Shown here: in pieces, positions 38,257 to 48,288 of the stretch
Layout: the number at the start of each line of letters is the position of its first letter
How positions within the stretch are numbered: position 1 is the stretch's first letter
NCBI GenBank assembly: GCA_964554765.1
Contig: CAZKPS010000001.1
Location: 72,786 to 136,785 of the forward strand
Source of the DNA: an uncultured Candidatus Saccharibacteria bacterium
GTDB lineage: Bacteria > Patescibacteriota > Minisyncoccia > Phycocordibacterales > CAIRYW01
Direction of reading: 5' to 3'
DNA length: 64,000 bases
Notes under the pieces: model-generated
Seen by the model: the letters and a program-made list of their open reading frames with translations, nothing else
The model's database searches: none
Told to the model about the DNA's origin: nothing
Translations under genes and position numbers: made by a program

Positions 38257-39504
38257 ATGACGTCACCATTGATAAAATCTCTTGCACATCTAATCGTTGC
38301 GATTATGACATTCCTCGGATGGAATGTTTCGGAATACGAGTATTTACTTCCTTCGCCAATACAGTTAGCAATAGATTCAACTATAGATGAGGAACACCTC
38401 GACAAGACTTCAACATCGACTCCAACACAAAAAAATTCAGATGATGAATTTTATAAATTCATACCTGTCGAAAAACCAAAAGGAATTGAGCCGAAAAAAG
38501 TCTCAATCAAAAAACAGCAGGACAAACTGACCCCAGAAAAGACACCAGAGCAAACTAAGACGCGACCTACTTACTACCCTGCTCCTACAACAAAAGTCAC
38601 CCAAATAAAAAATGAAATTAAAAATATTATAAACGAAATAGTTCCGCCCGAAACACCTGCACAAGCGACAGCAAAAAGAGAGATTCTCAGCACTGAAGAA
38701 AAAATAAAGAAGGCGGTAGTAAATATTTTCTGTAGTCGAACAGTAGGAAATAAAATTCAGAAGATTACAGGTAGCGGAGTCATCATCGACGAGAAGGGAG
38801 TTATCATCACAAATGCTCATGTAGCAGAATACTTTCTGCTAGCAGAAAGTAACAACAATACCGATTGTTCCATCAGGACTGGATCACCCGCTATCACTTC
38901 TTATAAGGCGAAACTCGTCTACCTACCGACAGCATGGGTGAACGCAAACAAAAATAATCTGTCTCTTGCTACACTTACAGGAACAGGGCAAGATGATTAT
39001 GCTATTCTAGTCATCACGGGACGAGCTCGGACTGACGCTCCGAATATTCCTCTAGAGTTTCTTGAAACTACAGATGATTATCCGAGTCAAAACCAAAGTG
39101 TATTTGTTGCAGGATATCCTGCGGGATTTAGTGAAGTCAGACTCCTCGACAGTGCTCTCTACGAACTTACAAAACCGACAACCATCACACGACTCTCAAG
39201 CTTTAATGGGTCTTCTGCAGATGTGGTAAACACGGGACCAACATCGGTTGCTGAACACGGCTCATCAGGTGGTGGAGTCATTGATACCAACGGAAATCTA
39301 ATTGCACTTATCGCCGCAACAACTATCGATAGCAAGACTGGCTTGAAAAATATTCAGGCGATCACACTCCCCTACATCAAACAAAGTATAAGAAGTTATT
39401 CAGGCAAAAGTCTTGACTCACTCATATCAAATGCAAAAAGCGAAGCAGATAATTTTGAAAAAACATCTCTACCAATTCTGGTAAATACGTTGTTGGGAAA
39501 CTAA
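38257..39504 (+). CDS. Membrane-anchored trypsin-like (S1/HtrA-type without PDZ) serine protease
   Basis: 415 aa with an N-terminal TM helix, a Pro/Thr/Lys-rich linker, and catalytic His (ITNAHV), Asp (DDYAIL) and Ser (GSSGGGV) regions. Confidence 0.65.
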   Translation: MTSPLIKSLAHLIVAIMTFLGWNVSEYEYLLPSPIQLAIDSTIDEEHLDKTSTSTPTQKNSDDEFYKFIPVEKPKGIEPKKVSIKKQQDKLTPEKTPEQTKTRPTYYPAPTTKVTQIKNEIKNIINEIVPPETPAQATAKREILSTEEKIKKAVVNIFCSRTVGNKIQKITGSGVIIDEKGVIITNAHVAEYFLLAESNNNTDCSIRTGSPAITSYKAKLVYLPTAWVNANKNNLSLATLTGTGQDDYAILVITGRARTDAPNIPLEFLETTDDYPSQNQSVFVAGYPAGFSEVRLLDSALYELTKPTTITRLSSFNGSSADVVNTGPTSVAEHGSSGGGVIDTNGNLIALIAATTIDSKTGLKNIQAITLPYIKQSIRSYSGKSLDSLISNAKSEADNFEKTSLPILVNTLLGN

Positions 39505-39735
39505 GGAACAGCTTAGGAGAAAATGCAGCTTAGAAGCTTGTGAGCTTTTAATTCAGAATACCGAACCTTTAGGTTTGGTATTTTGTTTTGTATCCCCCCT
39601 CCTTTAAGATAAGGGGGGGGGCTGGGGTGAATATGATTTCACTTGGATACTTGTCACTTGAAACCCTGCCTGCCGGCAGGCAGGTTGATTACTTCCAAAT
39701 TCAATAAACCAAATCTAATTCTTTTCTGTTTTGGT

Positions 39736-40041
39736 TTACTGAATTTGGCGTTTCACAATTTTTATCGCCACATCAAAGTCATCATCTGGTGCCATCTTGT
39801 TTCGTTTCTCATAACTACATTTCACACACTTATGCGTGAGAATATAAGTGTTATTCAGAGATTCTATTTTGATTAACTTCATTAACCCACCACAGTTTGC
39901 TCCCCTATCTCCAGGAAATACATCAACATGTTTTGAATACAGACACTTCGGACAATGGTTTGTGAAACCGTTCCCAATAACTTCTACACCACAATGCTCG
40001 CAAATAAAATTTTCTTTTTTCTTTTGAAATTTTTGAGACAT
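39736..40041 (-). CDS. RNHCP-domain zinc-ribbon protein
   Basis: 101 aa with CEHCG...GFTNHCPKCLYSKHVD...CVKC. Confidence 0.65.
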   Translation of the reverse strand: MSQKFQKKKENFICEHCGVEVIGNGFTNHCPKCLYSKHVDVFPGDRGANCGGLMKLIKIESLNNTYILTHKCVKCSYEKRNKMAPDDDFDVAIKIVKRQIQ

Positions 40042-40044
40042 ATA

Positions 40045-40809
40045 TTATTTTATCCAATTCGTTACAATTGACCTAAATTCTTCTTGTTTTTTTTCATCAC
40101 CACTTAAACTATGTTCTGCTTCTGGCATGCAAATATATCCCACTCTATCTTTATTGGTTGCAGCATTAATAAAACTTTGAACAGTCTCATGTGGAATAAT
40201 CTTATCTTTACCCGATTCAACAACAAGAAGTTTCCCTTCATATTTATGCAAAGCTCGGAGTGACTTTGTCTCATCTGAATTATGTAATTTCCTCCTCCAT
40301 TCCATAATTTCGGGATCTTCTGAGCCTCTCACTCCAGATATCTCGAAATCATCATCTCTGTAATCAGCAGGTGCTCGAAGTAAAAGTTTTTTGATTCTTC
40401 TTTCCTCCGTTAAAATTGTCCCGAGATATGCTCCGAAACTAGATCCAACAACATTGATATTTTCTGGATTCACCTCACTTCTTGTCGAAAGAAAATCATA
40501 GGCCGCTCTCACATCACTTAAGAATTCCTTTTTTGAAAATCTATTAGGATCTCCCCCTTCGATTCCATGATCCCTCAAATTAAAAGTAAGAGATGCCACC
40601 TTTTGTTTTGCAAGATCTTTTGCAATGTCAAATGATCCATCTTGTTTACTTCCCCAGCCATGAACAAATAAAACTCCAGGAATTTTATCCTCAACATTGT
40701 GTGGCAAAAATATTTGTCCGTGAAGTTCTACCTCTCCATTTTTGATGACAACAGATTCTTCATTTATTTCAGTCATCATTTCATTTCTGTTTGAATATTG
40801 ATCTTTCAT
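40045..40809 (-). CDS. Alpha/beta hydrolase (dienelactone hydrolase / S9-like)
   Basis: 254 aa with the GxSxG nucleophile elbow (VVGSSFGAY) and an HGWGS oxyanion region. Confidence 0.7.
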   Translation of the reverse strand: MKDQYSNRNEMMTEINEESVVIKNGEVELHGQIFLPHNVEDKIPGVLFVHGWGSKQDGSFDIAKDLAKQKVASLTFNLRDHGIEGGDPNRFSKKEFLSDVRAAYDFLSTRSEVNPENINVVGSSFGAYLGTILTEERRIKKLLLRAPADYRDDDFEISGVRGSEDPEIMEWRRKLHNSDETKSLRALHKYEGKLLVVESGKDKIIPHETVQSFINAATNKDRVGYICMPEAEHSLSGDEKKQEEFRSIVTNWIK

Positions 40810-42284
40810 TTATTTTTGTCAGCTTGTATGATCGTCTTTGCGAATCTATCCACCAAAAAAGCAGCTCGTTCTTCTATCTCGTGAGAAGATTTAGCGATGC
40901 TATATGGAAAAATAAATTTGAAAAGTCTCGGCACATTTTTTTCAATTGGTTTATTTATTTGTGGCACAGTATCAACAATCAAAAAATCATTTTTATCTTT
41001 CAAATCTTTAAGTGTTATTCCAGGACCTTTATACATAAGCGAGTCGATCTCTTTCATATAATTATAAATACCAGCAACAATTGGTAGCCGTAACGCAGTA
41101 ATTTCTTTTGGAGAAAAACTGACATGGGAAAAACCAGAGTGTTGTTTTAGATTTCTATTCACCTCCACAAAATCAAATTCAACATCAATGTCCAAGTGGC
41201 TCGCAAGATGGAAGAATTCAAGTGGTGGTATTTTCTTATGAATCATTGAAAGGGAGTGGAGAAGTAGTGATCCAGTAAATCGAGGATTACATTCAATAGC
41301 AAATATTTCTTTTTTGTTCTTATCATACAAAAAATCGACTCCAAATACCCCTTTATACCCCAATTTCTCTAGATGACCTCCTACGAGCTCAATTACTCTT
41401 TTTGCATCTTCCTCAGTATCCGGTGACCAATTAGTAAACTCTAAATCATTACCAAAAAAAATTCCATTTTTAGGAACACCCTGGAGAGATTCTGGGACAT
41501 CAACAAATTGCAGTTGCAGTGGTCCAGACAGCACCCCTTTTTTTGTGATACATCCAAGCATTGATGTAGAATAACCCTCAATAAACTCTGTAACAACCAA
41601 TTCTTCAAAATCCCCGCTTTTGTTTAGACCCGAAATACAACTACTAAAATCACTCTCATCGTGTATAAAAAATGTACCTTCATTACCCCCAGTTTCCTTG
41701 TCCCCTCTTTGAATAACAAACGATCCATTAAACTCAGAAAATAGCTCACTAAAACTTTTACCAAAAAAAATCTCCTTTTTGTAAATAGTAGACTTGGCGG
41801 TTTTGATTCCCAAATCCTTTAATAAATTTCTAAAATTACTTTTATACTTAACATCGTTGCAAAGATAGGGACTGTTACCAATAAAAGGGATATTTAAATG
41901 ATTGAGATCGTCAACCAATCCTTCGGTCATTGTATAAAACATAAGATGCGTCCCTTTGGGCTGGGAAGTATAAAATCTCTGAAAAGCTTCAGATTTGACT
42001 AAAAAGCCGGTTCCATGGACTCGACTCGCAAGTCCTGGATTTTTGTCTTCGAGAGTATAAATATCGAAATACTTTTCCAAAAGATCTACATCGCTTGATC
42101 TTTTTACCGAATAAATAGAATAATTATCGAGAAAAAGTGAAGGAATAATTCGTGTATAAGGAGCAACCCCAACAGAAAGGATTCTTGTCTCATTCATTTT
42201 TTTAATTACTTCTTCAATATTTGAGATTAAAGATTTCCATTCCAAAAAGTTAATTTTTTTATTCATTGCAATAAAATTATACAT
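40806..42284 (-). CDS. ATP-grasp domain protein with an N-terminal extension
   Basis: 492 aa. The C-terminal ATP-grasp motifs are GVFGVDFLYD and ECNPRFTGS. It overlaps the downstream hydrolase gene by 4 nt. Confidence 0.65.
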   Translation of the reverse strand: MYNFIAMNKKINFLEWKSLISNIEEVIKKMNETRILSVGVAPYTRIIPSLFLDNYSIYSVKRSSDVDLLEKYFDIYTLEDKNPGLASRVHGTGFLVKSEAFQRFYTSQPKGTHLMFYTMTEGLVDDLNHLNIPFIGNSPYLCNDVKYKSNFRNLLKDLGIKTAKSTIYKKEIFFGKSFSELFSEFNGSFVIQRGDKETGGNEGTFFIHDESDFSSCISGLNKSGDFEELVVTEFIEGYSTSMLGCITKKGVLSGPLQLQFVDVPESLQGVPKNGIFFGNDLEFTNWSPDTEEDAKRVIELVGGHLEKLGYKGVFGVDFLYDKNKKEIFAIECNPRFTGSLLLHSLSMIHKKIPPLEFFHLASHLDIDVEFDFVEVNRNLKQHSGFSHVSFSPKEITALRLPIVAGIYNYMKEIDSLMYKGPGITLKDLKDKNDFLIVDTVPQINKPIEKNVPRLFKFIFPYSIAKSSHEIEERAAFLVDRFAKTIIQADKNK

Positions 42285-42332
42285 TAAAAAAGCGAGGGTG
42301 TCCTTTCGGTCACCCTCGCTTCGTATTCATCA

Positions 42333-43499
42333 CTATTCGATTCCTTTCATACCAAGCGGTGCAATGTAAGCCTCCGAGTCAAAACGGAGTTTGCTGACCT
42401 TGTGTTTACCCGACTCTATCTTAGAGGCGAAGGAGACGGGTTGACCCGGCTCCAGAATAGGGAATTCATCTCCCTTGCAGAGTTGACGACCTTGCGGATC
42501 AACAATCTGCTTGAAATGAACGAAGTGGAGATTACCATCGTTGCCGATCACGTTGCCGTAACCACAAAGAAGGTTATACCATGCCACCTGGCCCACCATT
42601 GCGCACCCGTTAGCAACCGCTTCTGGTGTCGCCTCGAGATGATTTGAGATTGGGAACCATCCCGCCACTTCACAGTCACTCAATCGTGCCGAGCGATTAT
42701 TGGTGACAGCGTATTCCACAAGCTGAGCAAACATGCCGGGGAAGATCTTGGCATAATCTGCACCCGGATAAGCATCGTCCGAACGAGTCGGGATGATCGT
42801 ACTGCAAACACCGGAGTACCAATGGGATGTGACACCCATCTGCTTCGCCAGAGCTTCACGAGTACGAACCACTTGACCTTGGTAGATACTCTGCACGCCG
42901 GCATAAAAGTAACCATTGCGAGTAATGAGACTCACTTGTACTTGATGGAACTCTCCAGAAGGCTTCAAGAAAACCAAATCCACATTGTCTTGCCCTCGCA
43001 CCCGAGTATGGGGACGATAATCTTTCCAGGCAACAGGTACGACGAGCGAAGGTACGGGGTCAGCCGTAACATCACTCATCTTACCTTCTTTGAAATGAAA
43101 GATTTTGACCCCATTTTCAGCGAGCCGATAAATGTGGAGCACGATATCCTTGACCTGACCTGAACCCTCGCCAGTGTAGTTGAGCCTTGCTAGGCGATGA
43201 GTGACGCTGCCAGTTTCTTCCTCCGAGAACTGAGCACTTGACCGATTTGTTCCGATGCGGAGGCTACCGAAGCCCTTCGAGGAAATTTTGAGTTCCCCTT
43301 CTTCGAAAGCCCATAGCTGGGAGTTTCTTTTCAGAAGTTCAGTTGGCAACGGTTTTTTTGCGAGAGCGTAAGCCTCACAAAGAACGTCGAACAGGGGGGT
43401 GACAAGTTGATTGCCACCTGTAGCGGATGTGGTAGTAAGCATGATCTTAAGATTGGGTCGTTGTCTTGTTTTTGTTGCGGAGCAACCATTGAAAATCAA
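42333..43499 (-). CDS. Hypothetical protein on a G+C-rich island
   Basis: 388-aa ORF. G+C content is clearly above the flanks. No domain recognised. The true start may be MLTTTSATGG. Confidence 0.5.
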   Translation of the reverse strand: MIFNGCSATKTRQRPNLKIMLTTTSATGGNQLVTPLFDVLCEAYALAKKPLPTELLKRNSQLWAFEEGELKISSKGFGSLRIGTNRSSAQFSEEETGSVTHRLARLNYTGEGSGQVKDIVLHIYRLAENGVKIFHFKEGKMSDVTADPVPSLVVPVAWKDYRPHTRVRGQDNVDLVFLKPSGEFHQVQVSLITRNGYFYAGVQSIYQGQVVRTREALAKQMGVTSHWYSGVCSTIIPTRSDDAYPGADYAKIFPGMFAQLVEYAVTNNRSARLSDCEVAGWFPISNHLEATPEAVANGCAMVGQVAWYNLLCGYGNVIGNDGNLHFVHFKQIVDPQGRQLCKGDEFPILEPGQPVSFASKIESGKHKVSKLRFDSEAYIAPLGMKGIE

Positions 43500-43658
43500 G
43501 AAGATTTCCCATGGTTACTTCGCACCAAAATATCGAATTAAGTGATTTCAAAGTTCAATCCTGTTACAATTATATACTGAATTTGACAAAAAGTCAACAT
43601 AATGTCAGCAACAAAATTACCCTTATTTGAAAGGGTGTTTGTCACTCTGGCCATAAAA

Positions 43659-44702
43659 TTAGAACTTCGACTTCAGCCCCTCCACTACTAAATCCACCAC
43701 CTTATTATATGGAATCATTGTCGGAGTAATATCTGTAGTAGTAAGCGACCCATTAAATGCAGAATCCTTTGTATGAAAAAGATACCATGGTATATCATCT
43801 ATTGCCCCTTCGCCGCCTAAGATATTTTTGTCTTTAATCTTTATCTCTCCCCACCTATAGAACTGCTCGGCCATTCGTAGAAGAATAATTGAGTTCGTAA
43901 GATCAAGCCCTCTCTTTTGATAGGTGAATATTGCCACGTTACCTCGACTACTAAATTGAATTATGAGTTGAGCTCTTTTGGAACGGAATGCTTTATTGAT
44001 TTCTTCGTTATCTGACGTCACTACTGCCATATCTATCGGTTGTCCGTCACTCCCAATAAATCTTTCTTTCACTGCACCATCGAATTCCCTAAGCGCAGAT
44101 TGATATTGATCGTCTTGGTACTTTCTTGCTTTCACAATCATATCCTTCCAAAATCCCAAATCTTCACTTTTTAATTCTTCAAGAATCCCCTCTGTACCCG
44201 CTACGGTAAATGGACATATCTCTCCCCTCTCAAGGAAAAATCTGATGTGGGCCATATATGCAATTTCTGCCCAACGATATATTTTTTCAGAATCTAGTTT
44301 GAAACAAGAATGTAAAAACTTGATACCAATAGATAGTGAGTCCTTATCTTTTGCAGGTGCAAGATCTTCTTCTTTAATAATATTTAAAATTCCTTGCAGC
44401 TCTGGTTTATTTTCTATCCCGAGATATTTTGCAACGAGAGTTGCACACACTTCCCCACTCTCTCTTTCTTTGTCCGCAGTCGCATGCTCGTCAAAAGGCC
44501 CACCACCTACACCAAGAAATACAGTGTCCGGAAAATCCAAGTATGTTTTATTATTTGGCAATTTCCCTGCACCAAGAAACTCTACTTTTGCAGTGGAGAC
44601 ACCTGGAAGCTTTTCTTCCCCTTCGGGGAATTTTTTAAGCAACATCAAAGCCACCAGTTCATCTGCGTGCGGTCGGTTATGTGTGATGATTTTGGTGATC
44701 AT
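43659..44702 (-). CDS. MYG1 (UPF0160) family metal-dependent hydrolase
   Basis: The N-terminal ITHNRPHADELVALMLL matches the MYG1 signature THSGxFHADE. Confidence 0.7.
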   Translation of the reverse strand: MITKIITHNRPHADELVALMLLKKFPEGEEKLPGVSTAKVEFLGAGKLPNNKTYLDFPDTVFLGVGGGPFDEHATADKERESGEVCATLVAKYLGIENKPELQGILNIIKEEDLAPAKDKDSLSIGIKFLHSCFKLDSEKIYRWAEIAYMAHIRFFLERGEICPFTVAGTEGILEELKSEDLGFWKDMIVKARKYQDDQYQSALREFDGAVKERFIGSDGQPIDMAVVTSDNEEINKAFRSKRAQLIIQFSSRGNVAIFTYQKRGLDLTNSIILLRMAEQFYRWGEIKIKDKNILGGEGAIDDIPWYLFHTKDSAFNGSLTTTDITPTMIPYNKVVDLVVEGLKSKF

Positions 44703-44838
44703 AAGATATGCTGATCTCTTACAATGATTCTAAAATAGAATCCGTGGACCGAATCCCTACGGGCCACAGATGTATAACATACATCTGTCTCAAATTAGTT
44801 TTTAATCAATTTCTCATTTTTACATTTAATCTGCGATT

Positions 44839-44909
44839 TCGGGACGCCGGGATTTGAACCCGGACTGAATGCTCCCAAAGCATTTATGCTACCGTTACAC
44901 CACGTCCCG
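44839..44909 (-). tRNA. tRNA-Pro (anticodon UGG), CCA not encoded
   Basis: Acceptor cgggacg/cgtcccg, anticodon arm aatgc-TTTGGGA-gcatt and T-arm ccggg-ttcaaat-cccgg. Coordinates are anchored to the track ORF ending at 44727. Confidence 0.75.
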
Positions 44910-45046
44910 TTAAAAGATTAAATGTAAAAATAAAAACTTGATGAAATTGTCAAAAAACTAATTATCGCCCCAAAGCACTTACTGCCGAGTCACCACCACT
45001 CCGTTATCGGTAGATATTATCACAAAATCCAAAAATATCTAGACAC

Positions 45047-45781
45047 CTACTCACTTTTCTCCCAGAGCATCTTCCAAACCGATCTGAGACTCTCGGCAAT
45101 TGATTGATTTTTGATGATGATTCCCATCTCGTCTTTAGTTGAAAGCATCGCCACTTTATCGTCGAAGATCATAATTTCATTATTTATCCTGTGGTTTTCT
45201 GGTATCAGACGCACCTCTCTCAAAACTTCCTCCCCTTCTCTCTTATCCTGTTCCCCCACTTCACCACCTGGAGCGAATCCTCGAACCCTAATCCCCTTCT
45301 TAACCCTCTGCCTTACATAATTATCTACATACTCCCCACCAAAATACTCCTTCACCTCTTTGGAATTTGTAAAAGTCAAAATCTCTCCCTTTGATAATAA
45401 ACTTTCTTCATAGATTTGCTTAAGACCCTCCCTTGTACTGACAGTTGTGATTCTTGGCCTTTTCTCATTATTTTTATTTTTGACCAAGTCAACTAGACTC
45501 TCCTCGAGTATCCCGAGCCCCTCTTTATGTTTCTTTATCAGAATCTGAGGATTGAGCGCCCCAAAGTACATAACACCCTTCATCTTAAACCCTGACACAA
45601 TACCTCTACTCGAAAGGCGCTTCAGGACCTCAAAATTAGTAATCCGATTTAGCTTTGATTCTCTAGCAATCTGACTATTTGTTGCCGAACCGAGCCCAAG
45701 GAGTGCTAAATAAACCGCCGCCTCGTTCTCCGAGAATCCTAATCCACCAAGTTCTTTCCTGATATCAATCTGCATATTCAA
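45047..45781 (-). CDS. TrmB-family transcriptional regulator
   Basis: wHTH (AAVYLALLGLGSATNSQIARESKLNRITNFEVL). The C-terminal MGIIIKNQSIAESLRSVWKMLWE is shared with the family. Confidence 0.7.
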   Translation of the reverse strand: MNMQIDIRKELGGLGFSENEAAVYLALLGLGSATNSQIARESKLNRITNFEVLKRLSSRGIVSGFKMKGVMYFGALNPQILIKKHKEGLGILEESLVDLVKNKNNEKRPRITTVSTREGLKQIYEESLLSKGEILTFTNSKEVKEYFGGEYVDNYVRQRVKKGIRVRGFAPGGEVGEQDKREGEEVLREVRLIPENHRINNEIMIFDDKVAMLSTKDEMGIIIKNQSIAESLRSVWKMLWEKSE

Positions 45782-45935
45782 ATTCTTGTTTTTGACTTAT
45801 AATCTTTGACTATCCTTTAGTTGTAATATTTTTCTACAGTAAATTAATTATATATTATATTGTATATTAGTCAATTTTAAGTATTTTCGTAATATAAATT
45901 TACAATTATGTTTTCACGTGTAACACTGAAGCTCT

Positions 45936-46271
45936 ATGAATGCGTTCTTTTACATTAGCCTGTACATGCTTTCGATTTACTCCATCTTTCGAAACTTTGT
46001 GTCCGCCAGACATAAATTTAAGGTGCAGATAGCTGGGGTGCGATTAATTGATTTTACCAAGACAGAACAGATGCATGTCGATCAAATTGGCTACTGTCAG
46101 CGATTCAGCACTGGATCCGACCCCTCCCGAGACAGATATGAGGTATGGCAGGAGCTTCTACCTTACTTCAGGAAAGCGATGCTCAACTTCATACTCAATA
46201 CAACCATTGATATGGTGGTTTACACGCTTGTATTTAAAATACTAATTTCGGTCATTGAATATGTCTCGTGA
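45936..46271 (+). CDS. Hypothetical protein
   Basis: 111 aa ORF followed by a plus-strand terminator. No domain recognised. Confidence 0.35.
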   Translation: MNAFFYISLYMLSIYSIFRNFVSARHKFKVQIAGVRLIDFTKTEQMHVDQIGYCQRFSTGSDPSRDRYEVWQELLPYFRKAMLNFILNTTIDMVVYTLVFKILISVIEYVS

Positions 46272-46280
46272 GTCACCCTT

Positions 46281-46311
46281 CACCCACATGTCCAGCATGT
46301 GGGTTTTTTAA
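46281..46311 (+). terminator. Rho-independent terminator
   Basis: Hairpin cccacatg-tccag-catgtggg followed by TTTTTTAATT. Confidence 0.6.
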
Positions 46312-46727
46312 TTCCCAGATTCCAGGATTTGATTCTCCAAAACTCTTACTTCAGCTTTTTTATTGACTTGGTCAATATAGATGGTTATCACATCAAACTG
46401 CCAGCTTTTCACATGAAACACTGATATATAGACCTGGATAACGCGAGCTAGTTTCTTTAACTTAGTGCTATGTAGATTATCTTCCGGTCTAATGTTTTCA
46501 CCCGAGCGACTTCCTACGGAACTTGAAACGGGCATGTGTGAACCGTATTTGATTTCACATGAAACACTTTTGACCTCTATAAAGTGAGTTTTATCACCTT
46601 TTTCACAAACAATGTCTATTTCCCCATATGGTTTCCAATAATTCCTATGTAATATCTCGTACCCTTTGCCTATCAGGTATTTTTCTACCAAATCCTCCCC
46701 TAGTCTACCAATTTTGTTACCTATCAA
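46308..46727 (-). CDS. yraN: YraN-family (UPF0102) endonuclease
   Basis: GEDLVEKYLIGKGYEILHRNYW...GEIDIV...FIEVKS. Confidence 0.75.
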   Translation of the reverse strand: MIGNKIGRLGEDLVEKYLIGKGYEILHRNYWKPYGEIDIVCEKGDKTHFIEVKSVSCEIKYGSHMPVSSSVGSRSGENIRPEDNLHSTKLKKLARVIQVYISVFHVKSWQFDVITIYIDQVNKKAEVRVLENQILESGN

Positions 46728-47175
46728 GTGTTTTACTTATAATTTCTCTTATAAGAGACATCTTAGACTTGTCGTTTACTACCGCACGTATATAACTCTC
46801 ACTATCGTTAATCTTTGTTAGAAATTCTATGGGCACCCACTTAAACTCAGTATGTTCGTCACTCAGCTTCACCCTGTTACCCAAACTAGTTTCATATGAA
46901 ACATAAGTAAGACGGATAACCCTGATCTCAGGCTTTATAATGTCCTGTGCAGCAACAATTGCTAGTATTTTAGGATTTAAACCAGTCTCCTCTTTGATTT
47001 CTCTCTTTAGGTTATCCTCAAGAGTGGATTTAGGATCTATCCTCCCTCCTGGAATATCCCACAAATTTTCAACATTTGGATATTTAACGGGGTTTCGCTT
47101 AATGACTAGGATATTGCCCTCTCTGTTGAAAATAAGTGCCTTTACCCCTACCTGAAGTGGATTTGATTGTTTCAT
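46717..47175 (-). CDS. NUDIX hydrolase
   Basis: Nudix box variant GGRIDPKSTLEDNLKREIKEETGL, in which REIKEETGL fits REUxEExGU. It overlaps yraN by 11 nt. Confidence 0.75.
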   Translation of the reverse strand: MKQSNPLQVGVKALIFNREGNILVIKRNPVKYPNVENLWDIPGGRIDPKSTLEDNLKREIKEETGLNPKILAIVAAQDIIKPEIRVIRLTYVSYETSLGNRVKLSDEHTEFKWVPIEFLTKINDSESYIRAVVNDKSKMSLIREIISKTLDR

Positions 47176-47685
47176 GTGAAATATTATACCTCCAAACTAG
47201 CTAGCATGTAATGTTGATAAGTCTAAGATCTATCCTTTGTGCCTGAGCATAGCTCCTGTTCCACATGAAATGTGCAAGAGAATAAACCACAGTACCCACA
47301 TGGCACGGAGCCGTATATTCCAGGGTTTTCATGTGTAACGAAATTTAGAGTGTTTCTTATGAAACGTTTTGTGGGTAAAACCCATAAAGTACACTAAATT
47401 CTGATTATATCCATACAAAATAAGGGTATTCTAGAAAAGTCCGATAAAATAGTTGTCTTTTATAGATTTGTCTTATACACATATCCACCGAGTTATCCAC
47501 AGTTTGTTGATAAATATGGGTGATTTCTGGGGAGAAAGAGAGGAAAAGGACAGGACGGATTAGGTCCTGTAGGTCTCAACAACTAGGGGAGAAAATCGGT
47601 CACAAGTTGTCCGTTTGCCGTCGCGAACAGACACTCGCAACTCCGGCTCGTCCGTTTTGTGTGCTCACAAAACATGACTGCGTCC

Positions 47686-47790
47686 TTCGATTCTCCCACG
47701 CAAAGTGCGTTTGGCATTTTGCTTACTCGCACAAAAATAGCAAAAACCTGGGTCAAATTGACCTAGGTTTTTGCTATTTTTGTGCGAGTA
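47686..47790 (+). repeat. Mirror copy of the tRNA-Gly(GCC) 3' end, with a 26-nt insertion, plus a ~31-bp palindrome that includes the tRNA acceptor 3' strand
   Basis: ttcgattctccc + [acgcaaagtgcgtttggcattttgct] + tactcgcac, followed by the palindrome tactcgcacaaaaatagcaaaaacctgggtc / gacctaggtttttgctatttttgtgcgagta. The right arm of the palindrome is the tRNA 3' end. Confidence 0.65.
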
Positions 47791-47853
47791 GGGAGAATCG
47801 AACTCCCGTCTCATCCTTGGCAAGGACGTGTTCTACCACTAAACCATACCCGC
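47783..47853 (-). tRNA. tRNA-Gly (anticodon GCC), CCA not encoded
   Basis: Acceptor gcgggta/tactcgc (one G-U pair), anticodon arm cgtcc-TTGCCAA-ggatg and T-arm gggag-ttcgatt-ctccc. Coordinates are anchored to track ORF 47520..47867. Confidence 0.75.
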
Positions 47854-48195
47854 TTTATTTGAAGTAGTATATAGGAAAATGTGAAAAAGGGAAGGGGGAA
47901 GTGGAAGAAAACGCTGGGTAGGAATCTCGAACCTTACAGGTTCAGTACACCTTTTGGTGATTTTGTTTCCTTAATCAATCACAAAATCAACTCAAAAGGT
48001 TCTCGAATCCAGCAGCGGAAGGAACTCGGTCGTTACACGACCAGTATCCTGATTGGAAATTTTATTTCGCAAGCTTATAAAATTTGCTCAATCGGGCTTC
48101 GAGTCCTGCACCGGCAGGAACTCTCGGCTTACAGCCGCAGTACAGGTTTCCCATTTTCTCGGATGAGTACATCCTCAAAAATATGGGAGAACCTT

Positions 48196-48288
48196 TTCGA
48201 GTCCTGCACGCAAGCGCCCCGCGCTTGCTCGGGTGCACAAAATAGAAAAACCGCCCCATAAAAGGCGGTTTTCTATTTTGTGCACCCG
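48196..48288 (+). repeat. Mirror copy of the tRNA-Arg 3' end, with a 19-nt hairpin insertion, plus a ~24-bp palindrome that includes the tRNA acceptor 3' strand
   Basis: ttcgagtcctgcac + [gcaagcgccccgcgcttgc] + tcgggtgca, followed by the palindrome gggtgcacaaaatagaaaaaccgcc / ggcggttttctattttgtgcaccc. The right arm of the palindrome is the tRNA 3' end. Confidence 0.65.

Noticed and set aside
39594-39690. G-run/C-run hairpin (39594..39626) and perfect 20-nt palindrome cctgcctgccggcaggcagg (39667..39690)
   Set aside because: They are probably just convergent terminators between the protease and RNHCP genes. There is no flanking T-run strong enough to be confident, and no other copies were noticed.
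47880-48195. A fifth tRNA between tRNA-Gly(GCC) and tRNA-Arg
   Set aside because: T-arm-like fragments are present, but I could not assemble a complete cloverleaf with a paired acceptor stem on either strand.
47520-48261. Track ORFs 47520..47867 (+) and 47881..48261 (+)
   Set aside because: They run across tRNA-Gly(GCC), the tRNA mirror repeats and palindromes. Their composition is driven by those structured elements, so they are not called as genes.
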